A stretch of 62,832 nt of DNA, counting the filler. It is 6 parts of 6 records of this genome, joined end to end, with 100 filler letters (N's around TTAATTAATTAA, not from the genome) between each part and the next. Parts side by side here need not be neighbours in the genome. Positions count along the whole stretch, not along the records: positions 36,877 to 42,789 come from SRR31147125_5357; positions 42,890 to 62,832 come from SRR31147125_5370; 4 more parts are not named here. One strand, 5' to 3'. The position numbers and the translations under genes are program-made. The notes below the pieces were generated by a model. It saw only the letters and a program-made list of their open reading frames with translations, did not search any database and had not been told where the DNA came from. This document shows positions 40,613-50,817 of this stretch, in pieces. Each line of letters starts with the position of its first letter. The stretch's first letter is position 1.

Positions 40613-41271
40613 ATGATTGAATTTTTAATAGAAAATATAACTATAGATAGCAGGGAAAACAGAGAGAATTTTCTGGATAAACTGGAAGGTAAATTAGTAG
40701 AGGAAAAGCAGGAGTTTGTAATTTTAGAATCAAAAAAATTCGATTTTATCAAAACAAAGGAACTGGTAAATGAGATAAAAAAACATTTTGATATCTTCAT
40801 AATTTTGAAAACAGAGCTTCCAAAGAGAGTAAAAGAGCTTGAATACTTTTTTTCCACAGGAATTCACGGAATATTTTTTTGGATGAAGAAATAAAAGAGA
40901 ACAGCATAGAGATATTGCAACAAGCAGTAAGGATATTTTCCACAGGAACTGTATTTTATCAAACACCGATTGAGAATAAAAACTACATAAACGGTTTGAT
41001 AGAAAGTAATATAATTCCGGTAATTAAAAGTGGCGATGGCAAACTACTAGAGTTTATAGAGCTTAATTTAAATAAAAAGAAGAGTTTAAGAGGTTATTTA
41101 AAGTTTATTCCACTGATTGAAGAGTTTAGCGAAGATTACAGCTTTAACTTAATAAGGGAAAATGGGTTTAAAGAGAAAGTTGAGAAAAAGATTATATTGG
41201 AGTTAAACAATCTGAGACAAAAGTTGATGATTAAAGAGATAGAAGAGTCATTTAATTCGAGCTCATTATAG
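40613..41271 (+). CDS. Hypothetical protein (radical-SAM-like barrel remnant without CxxxCxxC), frameshift in the T run near 40874-40880
   Basis: ORFs 40613-40894 and 40879-41271 overlap at a T7 run; GGAG SD before 40613. Confidence 0.65.
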
Positions 41272-41308
41272 AAGAGCTTTGGCTAAAAAATAATCAAGGG
41301 GGAGGACT

Positions 41309-42739
41309 ATGAAAAACAAACAATTTATAGATAAAAGTCCTCTTTGGATACTTTTAATAAAAGAGTATAAAAATGCGATATTCCTATTAATAATATTTAC
41401 TCTGTTCTTTACTTTCATTAATCGAAACGACCTGTTATCCAGCTTGGATATACATGCTTACAGAGCGGTTATTATATTCATATTTGCAATTGTTTTATGG
41501 ATAAGCAACCTCATACCGCTATCTGTAACCTCCCTTATGATAATGGGTGTTCTTGCCACATATAATGTACTTGATACCAAGTCGATATATTCATTCTTTG
41601 GCAACTCATCAGTATTTTTTATAATAGGAGCCTTCATTATATCAGCTGGAGTTAGGCTTTCGGGCCTAAGTAAACGAAGCGCTTATTATATCTTAAGCCG
41701 TTTCGGAGATACACCTTCGAGCTTAATAATAACAGTGTTTTTATTAAGTGCAGGTTTATCACATATAATGCCGGAACATGCTGTAGCAGCACTTATGCTA
41801 CCAATTTTAATTGATATATGTTATGCAGCTAACATAAAAAAAGGCAGTGAGTTTGGGAAATATCTATTTCTGTCAATGGCATGGGGAGTTATTGTTGGAG
41901 GGGTAGTAACCTTCTTGGGAGGCGCCAGAAACCCGCTGGCAATAGGAATTTTAAATGAAATGACAGGTAAAAACATAGGTTTTATGGAGTGGATAATTGC
42001 TTCAGCACCGCCAGTATATGTACTGGGATTAGTTATAGTAATCTACTTTAAGATTAAAGTAAAAGATACAGAAAATATTAGTAATGTTGAGACAGCTGAT
42101 GAATTTTTGGTTTATAAACTTCACAGATTGGAAAAAATAAGCTTTAGAGAAGTTAAGGCAGGAATTATACTACTTATAACGATTTTCCTGTGGGTATTTT
42201 ATAACGAAAGAATAGGTATAGCAAATATTGCACTTATATGTGCGGCACTATATTTTATATTTAACGTACTTAGCTGGGAGGAAGCGAATAAAGAGATTAA
42301 TTGGGGAGTAATCTTCATGTATGGTGGTGCAATAGCGCTGGGAAAAGCACTTAATGAAGTGGGTGTGTTGTCATGGTTTGTAGAAAATCACCTCTCTGAT
42401 ATAAAGATTAATCCATATCTCATGCTCGTAATATTCTCATTTTTCTCATTAATGCTAACAGAGGCAATAACAAATGCAGCTGTAATAGTAGTTCTACTCC
42501 CTGTGGTAATAGAACTCACAACGAGAATAGGAGTGCCGAATGAGGTAGCAGTATTATCAGTTGCAATCCCGTCAGGTTTAGCATATATGTTACCTATGAG
42601 TACACCTGCAGTATCGATGATAATAGCCAGTGGTTATGTAGGGGCAAAAGATGTAGCTAAGAGTGGGATAGTGTTGAATATACTTTCTTGGTTATTGGTT
42701 GTTGTTGCAATGCTTACATATTGGAGGTTTTTGTATTAA
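41309..42739 (+). CDS. SLC13/DASS family anion:sodium symporter
   Basis: LWISNLIPLSVTSL, GGVVTFLGGARN, INWGVIFMYGG, LTEAITNAA, YMLPMSTP. Confidence 0.92.
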   Translation: MKNKQFIDKSPLWILLIKEYKNAIFLLIIFTLFFTFINRNDLLSSLDIHAYRAVIIFIFAIVLWISNLIPLSVTSLMIMGVLATYNVLDTKSIYSFFGNSSVFFIIGAFIISAGVRLSGLSKRSAYYILSRFGDTPSSLIITVFLLSAGLSHIMPEHAVAALMLPILIDICYAANIKKGSEFGKYLFLSMAWGVIVGGVVTFLGGARNPLAIGILNEMTGKNIGFMEWIIASAPPVYVLGLVIVIYFKIKVKDTENISNVETADEFLVYKLHRLEKISFREVKAGIILLITIFLWVFYNERIGIANIALICAALYFIFNVLSWEEANKEINWGVIFMYGGAIALGKALNEVGVLSWFVENHLSDIKINPYLMLVIFSFFSLMLTEAITNAAVIVVLLPVVIELTTRIGVPNEVAVLSVAIPSGLAYMLPMSTPAVSMIIASGYVGAKDVAKSGIVLNILSWLLVVVAMLTYWRFLY

Positions 42740-42789
42740 ATTTAAAAATTCAAAATCAGAATCCTTCATTTTTAGTGGAAAATATAATT

Positions 42790-42889
42790 NNNNNNNNNNN
42801 NNNNNNNNNNNNNNNNNNNNNNNNNNNNNNNNNTTAATTAATTAANNNNNNNNNNNNNNNNNNNNNNNNNNNNNNNNNNNNNNNNNNNN
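42790..42889. other. Artificial contig linker
   Basis: N44-TTAATTAATTAA-N44. Confidence 0.99.
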
Positions 42890-43063
42890 AGTTATGAGCA
42901 CTAAAAGGTATTCTTTTTTGATACTGCCAAAGCCTTTTATCTTTTGACACTTTTATTATACATTTTATTAATAGATTGGACAAGTTCCGATCTTTTTATT
43001 ATATTGTTGTTGGATTTTTTAGTTCACATTTGCTAGGCAATAATAGCACATTTTTTATTTTTC

Positions 43064-43104
43064 TTGACAAATTGACACCCTGTCAATTATAATATCTTTG
43101 ACAC
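43064..43104 (+). promoter_or_regulatory. Promoter with embedded TetR-type operator
   Basis: TTGACA-N18-TATAAT; palindrome AATTGACA-CCC-TGTCAATT (43070-43088) in the spacer; extra TTGACAC at 43098. Confidence 0.7.
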
Positions 43105-43122
43105 ACAAGGAGATCAAAAACC

Positions 43123-45264
43123 ATGAAAAAATATACAAATTTTATATTTTCACACAAAAAAGTTTTATTTATTTTATTTATGCTGTTAAACTTAACTGCA
43201 TTAATCGGTATCACACAAATTAAACTAGACACTAACTTTTCTAGTTTTTCACCAACCTCATCTATTTATCAAGATAGACTAGATGATTTAGAATCTATAT
43301 TTGGAGCATTAAATCAATTAGTTATTGTTACAGAGGTTAATGATTTAACTGATACTGTTTTAGAAGATGTACATGCCATTCAAAGTCAACTAAGTGCATT
43401 AGGCAGTGTAACTTATGTTGAAGGAGCTGCACCAGATGAATTATTAATTAATGGCACTTTAGTGCCTTATGCATCTCTATCAAAAGAACAAATCATTAAC
43501 TACTATACTGTATTTGAAGATTTTTCACCTTTAAAAATAGAAGGCGATCAATATACATACGTTTATACTCTATTTATTACTGATGATTTCACTGCAAGTG
43601 ATATTACTGCGATAGAGGATATCCTTGATACATATAGTTATGATTCATATATTTCTGGAGATACATATAATCAATTAAAAATTACGGATTATATCATTAA
43701 AATATTACTTCTACTGCCTCCACTTGCTCTTATCATTATCTTTTTAGTCTTTAGATGGCAAATGGGTGCCATAAAACCTACACTCTTAAGTGTCCTACCT
43801 GCAGGTATTGGTGCACTTTGGACATTTGGGATTATTGGATGGATTGGTAATGAGGTCTCTATATTAACTGCCATCGTTCCAATATTTATTATTGTGATTG
43901 GTAGTGCTGATGGACTTCACTTTATGTCTCATTATCAGGATTCAATGGCTGAAGGAAAACCAACTAAAGAAGCTTTATTATCTACACTTAAACTTGTTGG
44001 TATCCCTATGATAGTGACTACACTCACATCTATTGCTGGATTTTTATCACTACTTACCATTGACACTGAAAGTATCAAAGATTTAAGTGTTTATTCAGGT
44101 GTTGGTATTTTCCTAGCAGGTATGGCTACATGGTATGTCCTACCTCTCATATTATCTACTGGTATCAATATATCTAGAAAAAACAATAAAGAAGCAAAAT
44201 TTAATCCTGCTAAATCACTAAAAAAATTAATCGGGTTACCTTCTTTACTTCTTGTTTTAATTATTGTGATTGTGTCTTCATTAAATTATGGAAAAATCAA
44301 TAATGAGTTCAATATGCTAATGGTTTATAAAGATTCAACAATTGTTGCTAAAAATGCATCAAAGGTTGCTGAAGTCAATGGTGGAAGTATTCCACTTTAT
44401 GTCACCATAACGCCAGAATCAGACGTTTTAACGCTTGATGCATTAAATGAGGTTAACACTTTAGTCTTATCATTAAATCAACTTAATGACGTCTCTAAAA
44501 CAGTGAGCCCATATCATTTACTCAATATCATATCATCTAACAAACTACAACAAGAAATCAATAGTGATCAATCTGTTTCTATGATTTATCAAATGGTATC
44601 TATTGATGAAAATAGCACCATACATAATCTTATGGATATAGATTCTAATACAATTAGAATACTCGTATTTCCAACAGATTTAAATAATAGCACATTAGAA
44701 AACATCGAAGATACTGTAGATGCGATACATCTAGACACGAGTGTCACTGGTGTTCAATACTTAATGAAAGACTTAAATGATTCTATTTCGTTGATGCAAC
44801 TACAAAGTATCCTATTAGCTTTTGCAGTTGTCTTTATTATGTTGATCATTACACTTAAATCATTAAAAATTGCTTTTTATAGTTTAATACCTATTTTAGT
44901 CACAGTCTTAAGTTTATATGGATTCTTAGGTATATCACAAATACCTCTAAATATTACAACTGTGATTATATTCTCTATCACGATTGGTGTAGGCATCGAT
45001 TATGCTGTTCACTTTTCTAGTGTCTATAAAACATATCTAAGTAAAACACATGACAACAATCTCGCCATTAACGAAGCATACAGACATTCATCAAGACCGA
45101 TTATCGCAAACGCTCTTGGGATATCTCTTGGTTTAACTGCACTTATGTTTTCACCACTTACCATACATTTTAATGTGAGTATTCTTATGTGGGTAAGTAT
45201 GATTGTTAGTGTTATTTTAACACTAACATTATTACCATTTATCTTTAAGAAAAGAGGTCATTAA
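43123..45264 (+). CDS. MMPL/RND family transporter
   Basis: Duplicated TM halves, IGSADGLH and IGVGIDYAVH motifs. Confidence 0.9.
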   Translation: MKKYTNFIFSHKKVLFILFMLLNLTALIGITQIKLDTNFSSFSPTSSIYQDRLDDLESIFGALNQLVIVTEVNDLTDTVLEDVHAIQSQLSALGSVTYVEGAAPDELLINGTLVPYASLSKEQIINYYTVFEDFSPLKIEGDQYTYVYTLFITDDFTASDITAIEDILDTYSYDSYISGDTYNQLKITDYIIKILLLLPPLALIIIFLVFRWQMGAIKPTLLSVLPAGIGALWTFGIIGWIGNEVSILTAIVPIFIIVIGSADGLHFMSHYQDSMAEGKPTKEALLSTLKLVGIPMIVTTLTSIAGFLSLLTIDTESIKDLSVYSGVGIFLAGMATWYVLPLILSTGINISRKNNKEAKFNPAKSLKKLIGLPSLLLVLIIVIVSSLNYGKINNEFNMLMVYKDSTIVAKNASKVAEVNGGSIPLYVTITPESDVLTLDALNEVNTLVLSLNQLNDVSKTVSPYHLLNIISSNKLQQEINSDQSVSMIYQMVSIDENSTIHNLMDIDSNTIRILVFPTDLNNSTLENIEDTVDAIHLDTSVTGVQYLMKDLNDSISLMQLQSILLAFAVVFIMLIITLKSLKIAFYSLIPILVTVLSLYGFLGISQIPLNITTVIIFSITIGVGIDYAVHFSSVYKTYLSKTHDNNLAINEAYRHSSRPIIANALGISLGLTALMFSPLTIHFNVSILMWVSMIVSVILTLTLLPFIFKKRGH

Positions 45265-45885
45265 ATGCCAAAACCATTATTTTTTAATATTAGTGATGAT
45301 AAAAGAGAAAGATTTTTAAATGCTGCTAGAGCAGAATTTACTCATAAAGCTTTTATGGAAGTAAGTGTTAATACAATTGTTAAAAGAGCAGGTATTAGTC
45401 GAGGATCTTTTTATACCTACTTTGATAATTTAGATGCTTGTTTTACATATATCATAAAAGATCTTCGAGATAAGAGGATTCAGTATGCGATGACGTTATT
45501 AGAATCATGTGATAAGAATTTTTTTACATTAATTAGAAAAGTGTTTGCATATGATTATGATACCTTTCGTGAAAGTGGTAAGTATTCATTGTTCAAAAAC
45601 TATATATACTATCTTCAATCAAGCAAAGCAGGAAACTTTAAAGAAAACATGATCATTGATTTAATTAACAATTTAAAGCGTAAAGGTATCAACTTAATTG
45701 ACACATTGAATATAAAGTTATTAAACATTAATAAAGAAGAGTTTCTAGATTTAATTGAAGTCGTTCTTCTTTTGATGGTTAATACGTTCTTAAAAGCTGA
45801 ATCTGAAGGCTTAGATAAGCAAACAGTAGTCTCTCTCTTCAATAAAAGAATAGACTATATTGAGTTTGGTGTGAGAAAAGCATAA
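45265..45885 (+). CDS. TetR/AcrR family regulator
   Basis: MPKPLFFNI..DKR, SVNTIVKRAGISRGSFYTYF HTH. Confidence 0.92.
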   Translation: MPKPLFFNISDDKRERFLNAARAEFTHKAFMEVSVNTIVKRAGISRGSFYTYFDNLDACFTYIIKDLRDKRIQYAMTLLESCDKNFFTLIRKVFAYDYDTFRESGKYSLFKNYIYYLQSSKAGNFKENMIIDLINNLKRKGINLIDTLNIKLLNINKEEFLDLIEVVLLLMVNTFLKAESEGLDKQTVVSLFNKRIDYIEFGVRKA

Positions 45886-45974
45886 AAAACAAGAAACTTT
45901 TTATTACCTTTTTTCATTGTAATTTCATACGATATAAATGTAAATGCATTTATTGATATAGATCCAAATCACAA

Positions 45975-46005
45975 AAAAAGACCTTCAATTAGCGAGGGTC
46001 TTTTA
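45975..46005. terminator. Terminator hairpin
   Basis: AAAAGACCTTC-N6-GAGGGTCTTTT. Confidence 0.65.
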
Positions 46006-46103
46006 TTTCGTCTATAAAACATTACGTGACACATAAGATGATGATAAAGAGATTAAAATAGAGCTTTGGATTTCCATAACTCTATTTTTTTATACTCATG
46101 ATC

Positions 46104-47780
46104 TTAAGGACAATATTTTTCTCTAAGTAAATCTTCATCAATATAATGATCATCATCTTTTTTTGTAAAATAGAAGTATATGGGTAATATAATACCTACG
46201 ATGCCAATAAGTAAATAAAGCATAACATTTACTGTATAGACACGAACTATTAATAATAGATTATAAAAACCTATATTTAGATGCATATCTTTTTCAGAAA
46301 AACTTAGTTCATCTAAATCTATGATTGCTCTATTTTCTGTTAGAACTCCATTAATATATAAATCATTATCTTCTATGTAGTTAGAAGTCTTATATAATAA
46401 TTTCAATGAATCATATGAATTCACGCCTTGGAGATTAATCGTATTAAATCCTATATATTCAAATTGTTTATCAAACTTTAAAATTAAATAGACTAGACCT
46501 TCTGTACTTTGAATACTTGATATATTATGAGATAGAACATAATAATTTCCTAACTCATCTTTAACTGTATAATGACTAATTAAATAAATCATTTCATATT
46601 CTGTTCCTATGACAATATGATTATATTGATAAAGATATGTATCTTTAATTTCTCCTGTTTCTATATCAATACGCGAAACATTAATGTAGGCCACACTCCT
46701 CATGGAATCTCTTAGGCTAAATAAACTTTCTCTGACAACATAATCTTCTATGTTTTTACTTAATAAAACAATTTCATCATCGAATACATCAAATCCTGTT
46801 ATATAGTCATCATATGTATTTTCCCAAATCAATGTACCAAAGTTATCATATTTTTTTATTGCATCATCATTTAAAACATAATATGCATTATTTTTATATA
46901 CTAGTGTTTCCAAAAATCTTTCTTTTACATCAAAGTTCTCTTGATTTTCATCATTAATGACATCCCATTCATAAATGTAGTGTTCATTAAAATGAATCAT
47001 CACAGAACCATCGCTTCTTGTTCCATACTCAACTGTAAAACCATCCTCTGTACTTACAATCTCATGAGAATAATTTCCGCCCCATACACTAAATCCATAA
47101 TTAGAAATATCTAAATCTATAAGTTCAACCATCGTACCATGGATATCCAATATAACAATTGTTTGATAAACAATATTAGATGCTAGATCTATGGATAATC
47201 CAAATACAGCTATATTTCCATCATTTAAAAATTCAACTGCTCTTGCATCAAATAAATGATTATCATAAATAAGTTCATATTGATTGGGACTTGATGCTTG
47301 TGTGTCCCAAATGATTTGTTGTTGCTGATCAAATAAAATGATTTGTGAGTATATAGGAAAAGCTGTCGGCAACGCTTCGTTAACATTGCCATATCCATGT
47401 GAATCATCTGGAAACACAATAACAGACATGCCATCATCATTATAACTTACATCATAATCATAAAATGGTGTTTTTACATATTCATCACGGCCATCTGTAG
47501 CATCATAATCATTTATCTTTAATGTATAATATTGACTATTTTCTTCATTAACAACTATGTCTTTAATGTCTAGTATTGGGAAAATATTAATGATTATCGT
47601 TAGCATGAGTAATCCTGCTACACATATTAAAAAGAATTTTCTTGGATCAAGTATTGTAGAAGTTATATTATTTTTTAGTCTTAGATTTACTTCTTTTTCA
47701 TAATATCTGTTATATGCATAAGTTAACCCAAATAAAATCATCAATACAATTATTGATATGATCAAATAAGTTTTAAACAT
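46104..47780 (-). CDS. Membrane protein with a large extracellular beta-rich (propeller-like) domain
   Basis: Two N-terminal TMs, one C-terminal TM, repeated K[FY]D..G..IW-like motifs; directly downstream of the LytTR gene. Confidence 0.7.
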   Translation of the reverse strand: MFKTYLIISIIVLMILFGLTYAYNRYYEKEVNLRLKNNITSTILDPRKFFLICVAGLLMLTIIINIFPILDIKDIVVNEENSQYYTLKINDYDATDGRDEYVKTPFYDYDVSYNDDGMSVIVFPDDSHGYGNVNEALPTAFPIYSQIILFDQQQQIIWDTQASSPNQYELIYDNHLFDARAVEFLNDGNIAVFGLSIDLASNIVYQTIVILDIHGTMVELIDLDISNYGFSVWGGNYSHEIVSTEDGFTVEYGTRSDGSVMIHFNEHYIYEWDVINDENQENFDVKERFLETLVYKNNAYYVLNDDAIKKYDNFGTLIWENTYDDYITGFDVFDDEIVLLSKNIEDYVVRESLFSLRDSMRSVAYINVSRIDIETGEIKDTYLYQYNHIVIGTEYEMIYLISHYTVKDELGNYYVLSHNISSIQSTEGLVYLILKFDKQFEYIGFNTINLQGVNSYDSLKLLYKTSNYIEDNDLYINGVLTENRAIIDLDELSFSEKDMHLNIGFYNLLLIVRVYTVNVMLYLLIGIVGIILPIYFYFTKKDDDHYIDEDLLREKYCP

Positions 47781-47796
47781 TTAATAGTCCCCCTTT

Positions 47797-48240
47797 CTAA
47801 AAGCCTATAAAGGATTTAAAGTCATGACGATAACTTTTGGTAACAGTGACTTTTTCATCATTCATCATGACGAGATCAAATCTCCCATTAATGATAGATT
47901 TGATTTTCTTAATACCTTTTTTATTCACAATGACGGATTTACTTATTCTCAAAAAATTTAATCCTTCTAAAAATGATTCAACTTCATATAATCGTTTATT
48001 AATTTTAATGAATTTATCTATTGTATTTATATAAACATCTCTTCCATAACTTTCTATATATAAAATATCATGATATGGGATAGGAATTATCTCTTCTTTA
48101 TGAGTGCCTAAAAAATATGTATCTTTTCTGTTATCTTTAAGCACTAAATCTGCATCATCGGCAACTTCGAATCCACCTTTTTCAAGCATTTTTTTAAGTT
48201 TTGTATACTTCTCTTGATTTGTACTTAACTTAACCTTCAT
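47797..48240 (-). CDS. LytTR DNA-binding regulator without a receiver domain
   Basis: DILYIES, RLYEVE..L, FLRISKSVIVN, VTKSY. Confidence 0.9.
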   Translation of the reverse strand: MKVKLSTNQEKYTKLKKMLEKGGFEVADDADLVLKDNRKDTYFLGTHKEEIIPIPYHDILYIESYGRDVYINTIDKFIKINKRLYEVESFLEGLNFLRISKSVIVNKKGIKKIKSIINGRFDLVMMNDEKVTVTKSYRHDFKSFIGF

Positions 48241-48409
48241 GGATTCACCCCTTATGCTTTTAATATAAAAAAATTATAAGCTTGCATATATATGTCATAA
48301 GATACCTAAATATTGACATGAAATGTATTGACTTATTATTTAAGCTGTTTGTTATTTGATAGATTTGTATATGCTTTTAATTTATTTTTCAATTTCATTA
48401 ACATTTTAT

Positions 48410-48766
48410 TTATGATAGTTTAAAAGCTTTTTTCCATAAATCTTCATTAAATCCTACTAATACAAATTCATCACTAATAAGTAATGGTCTTTTCACAAGC
48501 ATACCATCAGATGCTAAAATGGAAAGTAGCTCATCAAGTGTTGCTGTTTTTATGATATCTTTAATACCTTGTTCTCTATAGAGTCTTCCACTGGTATTAA
48601 AAAGTTTATTGATGCTCATACCAGATTGTTGATGCCACTGTTTTAATTCATCAAAGCTCGGATTATCATCTTTGATGCTTCTTATATCAAATATCATTTG
48701 ATGATCTTTTAACCATTTTTTTGCTTTTTGACTTGTTGAACATTTTTCATAACCGATTAGTATCAT
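48410..48766 (-). CDS. ArsC/Spx (YffB-like) family protein
   Basis: YEKCSTSQKA..WL, FNTSG..YRE, LASDGMLVKRP. Confidence 0.88.
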   Translation of the reverse strand: MILIGYEKCSTSQKAKKWLKDHQMIFDIRSIKDDNPSFDELKQWHQQSGMSINKLFNTSGRLYREQGIKDIIKTATLDELLSILASDGMLVKRPLLISDEFVLVGFNEDLWKKAFKLS

Positions 48767-48962
48767 TTAATCTCACCTTTTAATCTACCTTATTGTTTTA
48801 ATTATATATATTTTAACATATATTTTGGCTCATCCTCGCCTTATATAAAGTATTTGGTTTTCCAAAAAACAACACAACATGATTCATTATTGATATACTT
48901 AAAGTGTGAACACTTATATATACAAATATAAATGATTGAAAATCAATCGATGGAGGAAAACT

Positions 48963-49859
48963 ATGAAATGGACAGAAAATAACATTGGCGATCTTAAAGG
49001 TAAAACAATTATCGTAACTGGTGGTAATAGTGGTCTAGGATTCGAAAGCTCTAGACTATATACCAAATATGGAGCAACTGTTATTTTAGCATCTAGAAAT
49101 GAAAGCCGCGGCACAAAAGCATTAAATCAAATTAAACAAGAATTCCCAAAAGGAAACATCGAATTAATGTTATTAGATTTAGGAAGCAAAAAGAGTATCG
49201 AACAGTTTGTTACAAATTTTAAACAATACTATAATCAATTAGATATCTTACTGAATAATGCTGGTATTATGGCACCACCATACGAAAGTACGACCGATGG
49301 ATTTGAATCTCAAATTGGTGTTAATTATTTAGGACATTTTTATTTGACTGGATTACTTTTTCCAATCATTAAGAAAACAAAAAATGCAAGAATTATAAAC
49401 ATTAGTAGTATCGCACATCGTTTTGGACAAATCGATCTTGATACTTTTGTCTATCAAAAAGAAAACACATATAATAAATCGAAAGCTTATGCACAATCAA
49501 AAATAGCAAATCTATTCTTTACAAAAGCATTAGCAAGAAGAATTGAAGCGCATCACCTAGATACACTTGTTTTATCTGCTCATCCCGGTATATCTAGAAC
49601 TAATTTATTTGGACCAACAAGTAGATTTAATTTGATGATGCTAATCTCTCAAAATCAATACAAAGGTTCTTTACCAGGTATAAGAGCAAGTATTGATCCA
49701 AATGCTAAATCAGGTGAGTATTATGGCCCTAGAGGTTTGTTTAGTTTTAAAGGTTTTCCTAAAAAAAGAACACCTAAAAAATTGGTTAATAACGAAGAGA
49801 TTTCTACAACACTTTGGAAAGAAAGTGAAAAACTTCTTCAGTTTGATTTTAAAATATAA
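48963..49859 (+). CDS. SDR oxidoreductase (retinol-dehydrogenase-like)
   Basis: TGGNSGLG, LLNNAGIM, YAQSK, AHPG; GGAGG SD before ATG 48963. Confidence 0.92.
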   Translation: MKWTENNIGDLKGKTIIVTGGNSGLGFESSRLYTKYGATVILASRNESRGTKALNQIKQEFPKGNIELMLLDLGSKKSIEQFVTNFKQYYNQLDILLNNAGIMAPPYESTTDGFESQIGVNYLGHFYLTGLLFPIIKKTKNARIINISSIAHRFGQIDLDTFVYQKENTYNKSKAYAQSKIANLFFTKALARRIEAHHLDTLVLSAHPGISRTNLFGPTSRFNLMMLISQNQYKGSLPGIRASIDPNAKSGEYYGPRGLFSFKGFPKKRTPKKLVNNEEISTTLWKESEKLLQFDFKI

Positions 49860-49897
49860 GTCTGATGTTACAACCATATACATGTAAGCATAATCAT

Positions 49898-49939
49898 ATA
49901 AAAACACCCTTTTTTATATATAAAAGAGGGTGTTTTTAT
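49898..49939. terminator. Bidirectional terminator
   Basis: ATAAAAACACCCT...AGGGTGTTTTTAT between convergent SDR and proC. Confidence 0.85.
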
Positions 49940-49943
49940 GTAT

Positions 49944-50744
49944 TTATTTTGTTTTTTTAGATTCATTTGCAGTCGCAACAAGTGTCTCCATCACGATTTC
50001 ATCAAATTTATATTTTTCTAGAACTTTTAATCCTGCTTCAGTCGTTCCACCTTTTGTTGCGATTTTATCAACAAGTTCCTTAGCTTTTAGATTTGATGAT
50101 TGTAACAATAAAGCTGAAGCAATCATTGATTCAGAAACCATATCCAATGCATCTTCATAACTAAACCCATTATTTAATCCATATTGAATCATTGTATGCA
50201 TCATTTCTAAATAAAATGCAGGTGATGAACCACATAAAGCTGTGAATTCATCAAACTTATCTTCTTTAATTTCTATGGCTTTACCAAATGCATTTAAAAA
50301 ACTATCGATAACATCTAACTCATAAGCACTTGGTTTTTTATTGATACAATAAGATGTCATCGATTTAGAAATCTTTGCACCTATATTTGGCATCGTTCTT
50401 ACAATCGTTAAATCTTTTTTAGCAAGTATGCCTAATTTATCTAAAGTAATACCCACTGCAATAGAAAATATCATTTGATTGGTTAATACTTTTGATAACT
50501 CTCTAAAAACAATGTCTAATTTATCCTGTGTAACACCAAGCACGATAACATCACTGTTTAATCCTAAATCTGTAATACTTTTTGATACATTTACATGATA
50601 TTGTTCTTTAAGTTTTTTTGTTTTATTTAAATCAATATCATAGATGTGTATTGATTTTGGTTGTTGATTGTTTTTTTCTACAAATGATTCAAATATGGCA
50701 CTTGCCATATTGCCGACACCAATAAATCCTATACTATAACTCAT
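49944..50744 (-). CDS. proC: Pyrroline-5-carboxylate reductase
   Basis: IGFIGVGNMA, RTMPN, TALCGSSPAF, ATKGGTTEAG. Confidence 0.93.
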   Translation of the reverse strand: MSYSIGFIGVGNMASAIFESFVEKNNQQPKSIHIYDIDLNKTKKLKEQYHVNVSKSITDLGLNSDVIVLGVTQDKLDIVFRELSKVLTNQMIFSIAVGITLDKLGILAKKDLTIVRTMPNIGAKISKSMTSYCINKKPSAYELDVIDSFLNAFGKAIEIKEDKFDEFTALCGSSPAFYLEMMHTMIQYGLNNGFSYEDALDMVSESMIASALLLQSSNLKAKELVDKIATKGGTTEAGLKVLEKYKFDEIVMETLVATANESKKTK

Positions 50745-50817
50745 ATGATCACCCTATTCTTATATTGTTTTTATTTTTTTAAGTATCCACTATCAATTAT
50801 TTTATATTAACTTTAAT

